From contig NZ_JAQNDL010000003.1 in the NCBI RefSeq assembly GCF_028368995.1, positions 1,888,001 to 1,952,000 of the forward strand: DNA of 64,000 bases. The letters are read 5' to 3'. The notes below the pieces were generated by a model, which made no database searches, was not told where the DNA came from, and was given only the letters and a program-made list of their open reading frames with translations. A program made the translations under genes and the position numbers. This document shows positions 38,808 through 46,766 of the stretch, in pieces. The stretch comes from Nannocystis bainbridge (GTDB taxonomy: Bacteria; Myxococcota_A; Polyangia; Nannocystales; Nannocystaceae). Positions within the stretch are counted from its first letter, which is position 1; every line of letters begins with the position of its first letter.

Positions 38808-39354
38808 TGTCGGACGTGATCGAGCAGTCCGTGGCGAAGGTGGCCTGCGAGGCGCCAGGCGAGGAGCGACCCCGCGTCGAGGTCCTGAGCGAGTCGCTCT
38901 GCACCGCGTCCGAGCTGCGCCAGGCGGTCATCGCCGGCGCGATCACCTCGGGAGTTTTCTGCACGATCGTCGGCGGCCTGTCCCTTCGATCATGCACTCC
39001 GGCGTCGACGCCCCCCTGCTCGCCGAGCCGCCGGTTGCGCCCACGAACAAGAACATGCCCGAGCATCTGCCCACCACCGCGGGACCCGAAGGCGGATGCG
39101 CAGTCGAGCGGATCGAGGATGTCGCCGAGCCGCTACCGCTTGCGGCGACCGAAGAGGAAGTCGCCCGCGCCGTCGAGCTCGTCGGCGCGTTCGGAGACGA
39201 GGTCGAGGCGCAACACAGGCAGAGCGCCGCACGTCTCACTCGGGTCGAGCACGAGATGCACGTGATGCGTGTCCTCGTCGCGCGCGCGGACGCGGGCGGC
39301 GATGACACCGACGGCGAGGCGCAGCCCGAGGAAGCGGATGCGGTCCATGGCTGA
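38807..39354 (+). pseudogene. Membrane protein apparently split by a -1 frameshift near 38985
   Basis: Coding-like frame from the stop-coupled ATG 38807 to GGLSL, then continues in the -1 frame (IMHSGVDAP...) to 39354. Confidence 0.5.
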
Positions 39355-40177
39355 CAACAAGGACGTCGCCGTCCTGGCGAAGAAGGTCTACGAGCTCACG
39401 ATGCTGACGCCCGACGAGCTCGAGGCCCGCAAGTGGGAGGCGCTGCTGATCGTCAACGCCGTGATCAGCTCGGCGACACCCGACGGCATCGCCAAGGCCC
39501 ACGCCGACAAGGACGCCCGCTGGGGCGCACAGATCCAGCAGGAGGGAATCCTGTCGAGGCTCCACCCGAAGTGGCTGCTGCGCACCGACGACGACAAGCC
39601 CCCGGCGATCAAGCACGCCCTCGAGAGCGCACTGGACAACCCGTTCCGCGACCTCCGCGCGCGCCTCCAGATGCTTCAGTTCATCGCGCCAGCCGATCGC
39701 GAGCGGCTGACCGACCTCGTCCGAGCATTTCAGGCGGACGCATGGGCGGGAGCGCGGGGAGACGCGCGTGACCAGTTCGTCACGACGATGCGCAGAATCT
39801 CGAAGGAGTGGTTCCGGGATCCGTGGCTGACCGTGCTGCCCCACGACGGCAATCCGCCGCCAGTCTCGATCCTGATCGAGAACCAGGGTCCGACCCACGA
39901 CGGAGGTTGGCACGACGATCCCTCCGACGACACCTCCTGGGAGCAGGCCAAGTTCGGCTGGGCCGATGCGATACGCACCTGGGACGTGGACTTCCTGCGC
40001 GATAACCCGCTGAGCCAGCTCTACCTGACCGTGGAGGAGACGGCGAGCGAGGTCGCGTCGGGAGCCAACGAAGCAGCGAAGGGCATCGCCACGATCATGA
40101 AGTGGGCCCCCTACGTCGCCGCGGGGATCGCCGTCCTGGGTGTGACGACGGCGGTCCTGGTCGCCGCACGGCGGTGA
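39347..40177 (+). CDS. C-terminally membrane-anchored hypothetical protein
   Basis: Ends WAPYVAAGIAVLGVTTAVLVAARR. Confidence 0.8.
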   Translation: MADNKDVAVLAKKVYELTMLTPDELEARKWEALLIVNAVISSATPDGIAKAHADKDARWGAQIQQEGILSRLHPKWLLRTDDDKPPAIKHALESALDNPFRDLRARLQMLQFIAPADRERLTDLVRAFQADAWAGARGDARDQFVTTMRRISKEWFRDPWLTVLPHDGNPPPVSILIENQGPTHDGGWHDDPSDDTSWEQAKFGWADAIRTWDVDFLRDNPLSQLYLTVEETASEVASGANEAAKGIATIMKWAPYVAAGIAVLGVTTAVLVAARR

Positions 40178-40293
40178 GCTGGGGGCAACGACGAGCACGA
40201 ACCGAGGGATGCGCCTTGATGGCGCGAAGGGAGGAGTGGAGATGGTCATCGCATTCTACAGCCACATGCTCGGCATGAACCAGGAGCCTCTCC

Positions 40294-40884
40294 ATGTCGC
40301 TGCCTAAACTCGCCGCGCGTGTCATCCTCGGCTACGTCGGACTGGTCGAAGGGACAGCCGCGTTGATCCGCTTCCGCGAGCGTTCCACGGCCTTTCAGAT
40401 GGCCGCCGAGCGCGCCACAGCCCTCGGGCGCCGGCTCGTCGTCGTGGGCGATCCTGACGCGGGCATGCACACCCGGCTCATGCGGGCCTATGGCTGCGGT
40501 GATGTATGCATCGACATGAACGGCTGTCCGGGCTGCCCGATCACGATCGTCGCCGATATCACCAAGGGTCCGATCGCCGACATCGCCGACGACTCTGCGG
40601 TCGTGTTCGTCTCGTGCGTCCTCGAATATGTGACGGATCTAAACGCGGCTCTCCGCGAGATCGCGCGGCTCGCCGGCAGCCCCGATAACGTGTTCGTCGT
40701 GACCGTGCAACCGTGGACCCTGACAGCGCGCCTGTACCCCGGCGCGCGCTGGCGGGGCACCGTCGGTAACGCCTCCGGAGCGCAGGCGGTCGACATGAAG
40801 CCGGTCGGCCTCGAGGAGAAACTCGCAGTCACCGGGGCGCTGGGCCTGGCGCTCGCGGCTGCGTTCTGGCCGAGGAGGCGGTGA
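40294..40884 (+). CDS. SAM-dependent methyltransferase-like protein with membrane anchor
   Basis: LVVVGDP, CID, ADIT, DDSAVVFVSCVLEYV..L..ALREIAR pattern; C-terminal TM + RRR. Confidence 0.55.
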   Translation: MSLPKLAARVILGYVGLVEGTAALIRFRERSTAFQMAAERATALGRRLVVVGDPDAGMHTRLMRAYGCGDVCIDMNGCPGCPITIVADITKGPIADIADDSAVVFVSCVLEYVTDLNAALREIARLAGSPDNVFVVTVQPWTLTARLYPGARWRGTVGNASGAQAVDMKPVGLEEKLAVTGALGLALAAAFWPRRR

Positions 40885-41093
40885 GCGCCGTGGCAGACAC
40901 GAACGCCGAGCAGGCCCTCGAGCTCGCGCGGGCCGAGGCACGGACTCTGGCGGACCAGCTCCGCCAAGCCCGCGCGGACCTGCATCGCCTCGGCATCGCC
41001 GATCAGAACCGGGCCCTCGTCTGTGCGGCCGTGTCCGGCGCACTCGGCATCCTTTGCGGCGTCGGTATCGGGCTGAGCATCCGGAAGAAGTGA
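40881..41093 (+). CDS. Small coiled-coil protein with C-terminal TM
   Basis: GTGA overlap; TM followed by RKK. Confidence 0.75.
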   Translation: MSAVADTNAEQALELARAEARTLADQLRQARADLHRLGIADQNRALVCAAVSGALGILCGVGIGLSIRKK

Positions 41094-41309
41094 GCACCTG
41101 AGAGAGGGAGGAGGTGGGTGGTGAAGACAGGACATGGTCCCGCGAGTGGTCCACGGACGACTAGCCCCAACGCTCGGGCAGCGTCCGTGGAGAAATCCCA
41201 TCCTTACATCACAGTGGGTCTCAGGAATAAATCTGTCTCTTCGGACATAGAAGAGGCGATCCGCCATGAACAGGGTTCTCAAGGCGTGAGTTCCCCCGGG
41301 GCGACCGAA

Positions 41310-41501
41310 ATGCCGACGGCGCTCATGACCGTCGAGGAGCTCGCTCTACTGCTCAACACGAGCAAAGGGGCTGTCTATGCCCGGCTCTCGCGTGCAGGGA
41401 TCCCCGGTGCCGTACGGCTCGGCCGGACCCTTCGCTTTGACCCCCGGATCATTGCACAATGGCTCTCGGCGAAAAGTGCGAGCGCGGGAGGTCACTTATG
41501 A
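41310..41501 (+). CDS. Excisionase-like HTH (HTH_17) protein
   Basis: LMTVEELALLLNTSKGAVY...IPGAVRLGRTLRF....I.QWL; overlaps integrase start. Confidence 0.88.
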   Translation: MPTALMTVEELALLLNTSKGAVYARLSRAGIPGAVRLGRTLRFDPRIIAQWLSAKSASAGGHL

Positions 41502-42583
41502 TCACGCTGCGCCCGTGGAAGGGATCGAAGAATGAATTTGAAGTTGACGTTCGCGTCGAGAACGCAGTGGGGCGCAAGCTCCGCCAACGAGTCAAGGCAC
41601 CGGTCACCGGCAGGTCCGCTGCCGAGCGGTGGGCCAAGGCGCTCGAGCAGGAGCTCCTCGCTCAACTCCTCGCGCCCGAGCCCGAGCCCGAGAAGCCCCC
41701 GCCACCGACGTTCGAGGAGTTCGCCAAGACCTTCCTCGACCTGTGCCTGGCCGACCGGCTCGGGACCAACACATTGATCAACTACGACGTCCATCTGCGC
41801 CTGTACCTGCTCCCGGTGCTGGCTCGGCGGCGGCTCGACGAGGTGACGCCCAAGGACATCACCGCGATCAAGAAGTCGCTCGTCAGCAAGTCGCACAACA
41901 CGATGTGCGAGGTGCTCAAAACCCTCCGTCGGGTGTTCAACCGGGCCATCGCCGAGAACGAGATCAAGAGCGCGCCGGTGGACTTCGAGATTCCCCGTCG
42001 GAAGCGCAAGCCCGCGATCGCCTACGACGACCAGGAGCAGGTGGCGCTGCTCGCCGCGGCCCAAGCGATGGGGCCGATGTTCGTCGTCGCCGTCCTGCTC
42101 GGCCTCGACGGCGGTCTCCGGCGCGGAGAGATTCTCGCGCTCAAGTGGACGGACGTCGATCTCAAGCGAGGGCTGATGACGATCCGCCACAACCTCGTGC
42201 GGGACAAGGTCGACCTCCCCAAGGGCAGGACCGAGGACGAGGTCGGCCTGACGACGCGCCTCGCCGCCACGCTGCGCGGCTTTTCGGCGACCGGCCCGTT
42301 CGTGCTCGACAACCACGGGAGTCACTTCCAGGAGCATCACATCAAGTCCTGGATGCGGGCGCTGGTGAAGCGCGCGGGCTTGCCCTGGCGCGGCACCCAC
42401 GTCCTCCGCAAGTCGTGCGGCACGCGGATCGCCGAGGGCGGTGGCGGGGTGGCGGCTGTCGCCAGCCACCTCCGCCACAAGGATCTGCAGACCGCGAGCG
42501 ACTACGTCGATCGTCGCCGCGGCAGCGCTGGCGCGATCCACGCCTTGGAGACGTCGGGGAGACGCACTTCCGAGCACTCGTAA
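41498..42583 (+). CDS. Tyrosine recombinase / integrase
   Basis: Complete catalytic set: GLRRGEILAL.W.DVD, PKG, HVLRK, LRH, DY; N-terminal arm and core-binding regions. Confidence 0.95.
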   Translation: MITLRPWKGSKNEFEVDVRVENAVGRKLRQRVKAPVTGRSAAERWAKALEQELLAQLLAPEPEPEKPPPPTFEEFAKTFLDLCLADRLGTNTLINYDVHLRLYLLPVLARRRLDEVTPKDITAIKKSLVSKSHNTMCEVLKTLRRVFNRAIAENEIKSAPVDFEIPRRKRKPAIAYDDQEQVALLAAAQAMGPMFVVAVLLGLDGGLRRGEILALKWTDVDLKRGLMTIRHNLVRDKVDLPKGRTEDEVGLTTRLAATLRGFSATGPFVLDNHGSHFQEHHIKSWMRALVKRAGLPWRGTHVLRKSCGTRIAEGGGGVAAVASHLRHKDLQTASDYVDRRRGSAGAIHALETSGRRTSEHS

Positions 42584-42600
42584 GTGCTCGGAATATTAAG
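42547..42600. other. Putative att-arm region: GGAGACG direct pair plus 11-bp inverted repeat
   Basis: GGAGACG at 42547 and 42558; TTCCGAGCACT-CGTA-AGTGCTCGGAA at 42568-42593; AT-rich tract follows. Confidence 0.55.
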
Positions 42601-42617
42601 ATGAATTTGGCTTTTAT

Positions 42618-43988
42618 CTACTGCTCGAAGCAATACAGCCGCTGCTGCGTGGAGCAGTTCGACGCGAAGAACACCGAGCGAGCGCTCCAGTTGAAGTCGA
42701 TCGCGTTGTTGCGGCCTTCGTAGCCGATCACCCCGATCCCGCCGCCCGCGGTCCAGCCGCTGCAGTCTTCGACGAGCGAAGTGCCGTTCTCCGAGGTGCC
42801 GGTCCAGATGTCGGCTTGCGGGGACATGTCGCCGAACTCGTTGATGTTGATCGGCACGTCGACGGTGCCGTCGACCAGGTCGGCCCAGGTCTGGGCGACT
42901 TCCTGGCCGTCGAGGCGGGCGTAGCGGGTCGTCGACTTGACGAAGCGGCTGGCCGGGTTGCTGGTGTTGTTGCTGATCCACGCGTCCCAGGTGCCGCCGA
43001 GGCCGGCCGCGGTGGCGCGGGCCTGGCACTTGGCCTTGGCGCCGGCGATGCCGCCGAGGTTGCCGTTCCAGCTGAGGCTCGTGTTGAACACGCGCTTCGG
43101 CTTGGTGCAGTTGGCGTTGCAGAGGTCGCCGTTGGCGACGTTGCCGTCGTCGCACTGCTCGGCGGGGGCGGTGGTCTTGAGCACGCCGTCGCCGCAGACT
43201 GCGGTCTTGCAGGTGTTGAGGCAGGCGTCGCTGTTGGTGCCGTTGCCGTCGTCGCACTGCTCGGTGCCCTGCTTGAAGCCGTCGCCGCACTTGGGCAGGA
43301 GGCAGGCGAGGGTGCAGGCGCCGGTGTTGCTGTTGTTGGCCCCGAGGTCGCACTGCTCGTTGGCCTGCTTGATGCCGTCGCCGCAGCTGGCGAGCTTGCA
43401 GGCGTTGGTGCAGGTGTCGTTGTTGACGGCGTTGCCGTCGTCGCAGGCCTCACCGGGGCCGACGAAGCCGTCGCCGCAGGTCTGCTTGGTGCAGTTGGCC
43501 TTGCACGCCTTGGTGTTGCCGTTGTTGGCCCCGTCGTCGCACTGCTCGACGCCGGTGCGGATGAGGCCGTCGCCGCACACGGCGTTCTTGCACACGAGGG
43601 TGCAGGCGCCGGTGTTGCTGTTGCTGTTGCCGAGGTCGCACTGCTCGCCCTTGCTGACCTGCTTGAAGGCGTCGCCGCAGAACGGGAGCAGGCACAGGTC
43701 GGTGCAGCCGTCGTCCTGGTTGCCGTTCTTGCCGTCGTCGCACTGCTCGGCGCCGTCCTCGATGCTGTTGCCGCAGACCTCGAGCACGCAGGTGGCGCTG
43801 CAGCCGTCGTCGCTGACGTTGTTGCCGTCGTCGCACTGCTCGCCGGGGCCGGTGTCGCCGTCGCCGCAGACGTTGGTCTCGCAGTTGGCGTTGCACGCCT
43901 TGCCGGGGCCGTTGCCGTCGCCGAGGTCGCACTGCTCGGGGCTCATGCCGAGGGTGTTGACGAGGCCGTCGCCGCACACGTTGCCGCC
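42618..43988 (-). pseudogene. 5'-truncated Cys-rich repeat (DUF4215-like) protein with C-terminal DUF1554/CLec-like domain
   Basis: CGDG/EQCDDGN repeats start abruptly with no signal peptide; ends LYCFEQ. Confidence 0.75.
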
Positions 43989-44262
43989 CGCAGTCGGTGT
44001 CGAGGTACAGGTTGCGATAGCGGGCCAGTTGCTCCGGCGTCGCGTCGAGCTCGCCGAGGTCGGGGCGGGCTGCGTTGCGCGGGTGCAACGGGCGCAGCGC
44101 CGCCAGCAGGCGCGCCATGTTGTCGACGGTGAACACGGCCGCCACGTCGAGGTCGTCGGTGTTGCGCGCCGAGCCGTGGACCGCGGCCGCCACTCCGCCC
44201 ACGATCACGAACTCGAAGCTGGCCGCCAGCAGGCGCTGCAGCAGCTCAGGCGTGTCTTGCAC
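43989..44262 (-). pseudogene. 3'-truncated nucleotidyltransferase (toxin-antitoxin type)
   Basis: FVIVGGVAAAVHGSARNTDDLD motif; coding sense lost after YLDTDCG. Confidence 0.8.
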
Positions 44263-44458
44263 GGCTCAGTCCTGCGCGCAGCAGCGCGATCGCTTGCTGC
44301 GTGCGGTGCTTTTGCAAGATCCGCTGCTCGGGCGTCAGCGCCAGGTTGCGCTCCAGCGCTGCCACGTCGATCCCCAGCTCGATCGCCTCGTCCCAGTCTG
44401 GCCCGTAGCTGGGCCAGTGCGCGCGGAAGACCGGGCGGAGGTCGATTGGGGCGTCCAC
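44246..44458 (-). CDS. Small partner protein of the nucleotidyltransferase
   Basis: GIDVAALERNLALTPEQRI motif; overlaps the NTase start. Confidence 0.7.
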   Translation of the reverse strand: MDAPIDLRPVFRAHWPSYGPDWDEAIELGIDVAALERNLALTPEQRILQKHRTQQAIALLRAGLSRARHA

Positions 44459-44481
44459 GGGGCGCCAGCGTAACACGGCGC

Positions 44482-45084
44482 TCAGGGCGCCAGGCGGGTC
44501 AAGCTCCAGCCCGAGGCTGCCGGGCGGTAGACGAAGCGCTCGTGCAGGCGACCGTCGTGGCCGACCCAGAACTCCCACGACTCGGGCGCCACCGCGTAGC
44601 CGCCCCAGTTGGCGGGGCGCGGCACGGGGGCCTCGCCGAGCTCGTGGGCCAGGTGTGACACCTGGTCGAGCAGCGTCTGGAAATCGTCGATCGGCCGGCT
44701 CTGCGGCGACACCACCGCGCCGAGCTGGCTCAGGCGCGGGCGGGACGCGAAGTACGCGTCGGACTCGGCGGCCGGCAGGCGGGTGACCTTGCCCTCGACG
44801 CGGACCTGCACGTACAGCGACGGCCACCAGAACAGCAGCGACGCGTGCGGGTTGCGGTCGAGCTCGCCGGCCTTGCGGCTGTCGTAGTTGGTGAAGAAGC
44901 GCAGGCGCCCGGCCGGGTCGAAGCCCTTCAGCAGGACCATGCGCGCCGACGGCCGGCCGTCCTCGTCGGCGGTCGCCAGCGTCATCGCCTCGGGCATCGC
45001 CATGCCGCTCTTGGCCGCCGCGGCGAACCACTCCTGAAACAGGTCGAGGGGCTGGAGCTCGGGCTCGGGCTTGCGCACGGACAT
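44482..45084 (-). CDS. pdxH: Pyridoxamine 5'-phosphate oxidase
   Basis: AMTLAT, PSARMVLLK, FFTNYDSRK, YFASRP, EFW...RLHER, RLAP. Confidence 0.96.
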   Translation of the reverse strand: MSVRKPEPELQPLDLFQEWFAAAAKSGMAMPEAMTLATADEDGRPSARMVLLKGFDPAGRLRFFTNYDSRKAGELDRNPHASLLFWWPSLYVQVRVEGKVTRLPAAESDAYFASRPRLSQLGAVVSPQSRPIDDFQTLLDQVSHLAHELGEAPVPRPANWGGYAVAPESWEFWVGHDGRLHERFVYRPAASGWSLTRLAP

Positions 45085-45133
45085 CGCGCCAGGTGTAGCG
45101 CGGATCGCCGGCCCCGGCCCGCACCGGCGGGTG

Positions 45134-45375
45134 AGTCAGCGCTCGTTCATGCCCGCGCATGTCCCTTCGGACATGGCCCATCGACCCTGTCCGGACCCGG
45201 GCAGGTCAGCGCCCGCCGGAAGCACCTGCCCCTTCGGACATGCCATCTATCCTGCCCCGCCGGGTCAGCGCCCGCCTGAAGCACCTGGCCCTTCGGACAT
45301 GCCTCTCCCCTACCCCGCCGGGTCAGCGCCGGTCATGCCGTCTTGCTCTTCGGACATGTCCCATCCACCATGTCC
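45134..45375. repeat. Degenerate ~59-bp tandem repeat containing CATG palindromes
   Basis: GGTCAGCGCC...CTTCGGACATG units at 45204, 45263, 45321 and a weaker one at 45134. Confidence 0.8.
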
Positions 45376-46651
45376 CGAAGACCAGCCATGCCAGGCCCCC
45401 GCGCTCTCCGCCGCTGCGGCAGCCGCAGCCCTCGTCCCCGCCCGACTCGCCCCCGCTCGAGGCGCTGTCGGCCCCGACCTCGATGACCACCGGCTCGGAG
45501 CGGGCGACGTGGCCGACCGCGTCCTCGGCGATCGCCACCAGCGTGTGGCTGCCGGCCGGGAACTCGGCGGCGCCGAAGCGCCACGGCGGCTCGGCGTCGC
45601 TGGCCTGCAGTTTGCCGTCGATCTCGAGCGCGACCTCGGCGACGCCCCAGCCGACGTCCGCGGCCTCGGCGACGATCTCGACGACCATCGGCTGCGGCCC
45701 CGCCGTCGGGCTCGTGATCACCACCGTCGGCGGGGTGTCGTCGGCGCTGGCGTCGAACGCCGGGCCGCAGCTGGTGCCCGCGGGCCCGGCCGGGGCGGCG
45801 GCGCAGAGATCGGTCCACGCGCCGGCGCCGGCGCTGTCGGCCGGGGCGAACCCGCTGCAGCGGAAATCGGGCTGCCAGGCGCCGTCGCCGGCGTGGCACG
45901 GAGTGAGGTCGAGCTCGGCCTCGGCCTCGAGCCAGTCGATCGCGGCGCTCGCGTACGCGTAGTGGCCGATCCCGCCGCAGCCGGCGGCGTGCACCGAGGC
46001 GACGCCGAACACCCGCCAGGTGTCGTCGGCGGCGCGCAGCAGCGCGGGCCCGCCGGAGTCGCCGGCGCACGGGCCCGCCTCGGTGAGCCCGCCGACCTCG
46101 AAGTAATCGGCGAGCACCAGCCGCACCGGCGCCGCGGCCCAGCGCTTGGGCCCGTCGCCGCTGCCGGACTCGGCCTCGCCGAAGCCGACGATGGTCGCCT
46201 CGGCCTTGGGCTCCAGCAGCGCCGCCTCGCAGCCGAACGCGATCGGCAACACCGGCACCGGCGCGGGCTCGGCGAGGCGGCAGAAGGCGAAATCGACGGC
46301 CTCGTCGCCGATGCCTCCGTAATCGGGGTGGACGCGGCAGAGTTCGGGCTCGACCGTGTGCGCGGGCGCCTGGGCCGACTCGCCGAAGCCGACCTTCATG
46401 CCAGTGGCGCCGCAGTGGGCGGCGTAAAGCACCAGGCGCGGATGCACGAGCGCGCCGGTGCAGCGGGTGCTGCCGTCGCCCAGCGAGACCACCCCCGGGA
46501 AGGCGCAGATCTCGGCCTCGGCGCCGCCGAAGATCGGGCTCGGCGGCGTCGGCAGGGCTGTCCGCGCGCCTGCCGCTCGCGCCTCGCCGACCAGCAGCAC
46601 GACCACGCTCGCCGCCGCCGAACCCACCCGGACCTGCCACCGCCGCTGCAT
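45323..46651 (-). CDS. Secreted trypsin-like (S1) serine protease with Ig-like domain and MYXO-CTERM-like tail
   Basis: CTGALVHPRLVLYAAHC, DFA, GDSGGP; GCGC + hydrophobic + Arg-rich end. Confidence 0.92.
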   Translation of the reverse strand: MQRRWQVRVGSAAASVVVLLVGEARAAGARTALPTPPSPIFGGAEAEICAFPGVVSLGDGSTRCTGALVHPRLVLYAAHCGATGMKVGFGESAQAPAHTVEPELCRVHPDYGGIGDEAVDFAFCRLAEPAPVPVLPIAFGCEAALLEPKAEATIVGFGEAESGSGDGPKRWAAAPVRLVLADYFEVGGLTEAGPCAGDSGGPALLRAADDTWRVFGVASVHAAGCGGIGHYAYASAAIDWLEAEAELDLTPCHAGDGAWQPDFRCSGFAPADSAGAGAWTDLCAAAPAGPAGTSCGPAFDASADDTPPTVVITSPTAGPQPMVVEIVAEAADVGWGVAEVALEIDGKLQASDAEPPWRFGAAEFPAGSHTLVAIAEDAVGHVARSEPVVIEVGADSASSGGESGGDEGCGCRSGGERGGLAWLVFGTWWMGHVRRARRHDRR

Positions 46652-46766
46652 CGGCGCGAGGATGACACAGGGGCTCCGGGCCGCGCGACAATTGCTGCCG
46701 CTGCGCAGCGAGCGAGCGTATCATCGCGCCGCCGGCCGCAGCCGGACGACCCCCCGACGCTCGGAG

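Larger units (their letters stand above)
16649..42600. mobile_element. Integrated virus-like or integrative element, core region (left end not found; cargo may extend past the window start)
   Basis: Terminal xis + tyrosine integrase, DarB-like methylase-helicase, peptidoglycan hydrolases, long co-oriented run of unknown genes, codon usage visibly less G/C-ending than the right flank. Confidence 0.85.

Noticed and set aside
42584-42620. tRNA or tmRNA at the integration site
   Set aside because: No cloverleaf or T-loop/CCA signature found next to the integrase.
42618-42850. Diversity-generating retroelement variable region in the CLec-like C-terminus
   Set aside because: No reverse transcriptase or template repeat seen in the window.
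45134-45375. Possible CRISPR array
   Set aside because: Repeats are degenerate, the ~17-bp spacers resemble each other, and no cas genes are present.
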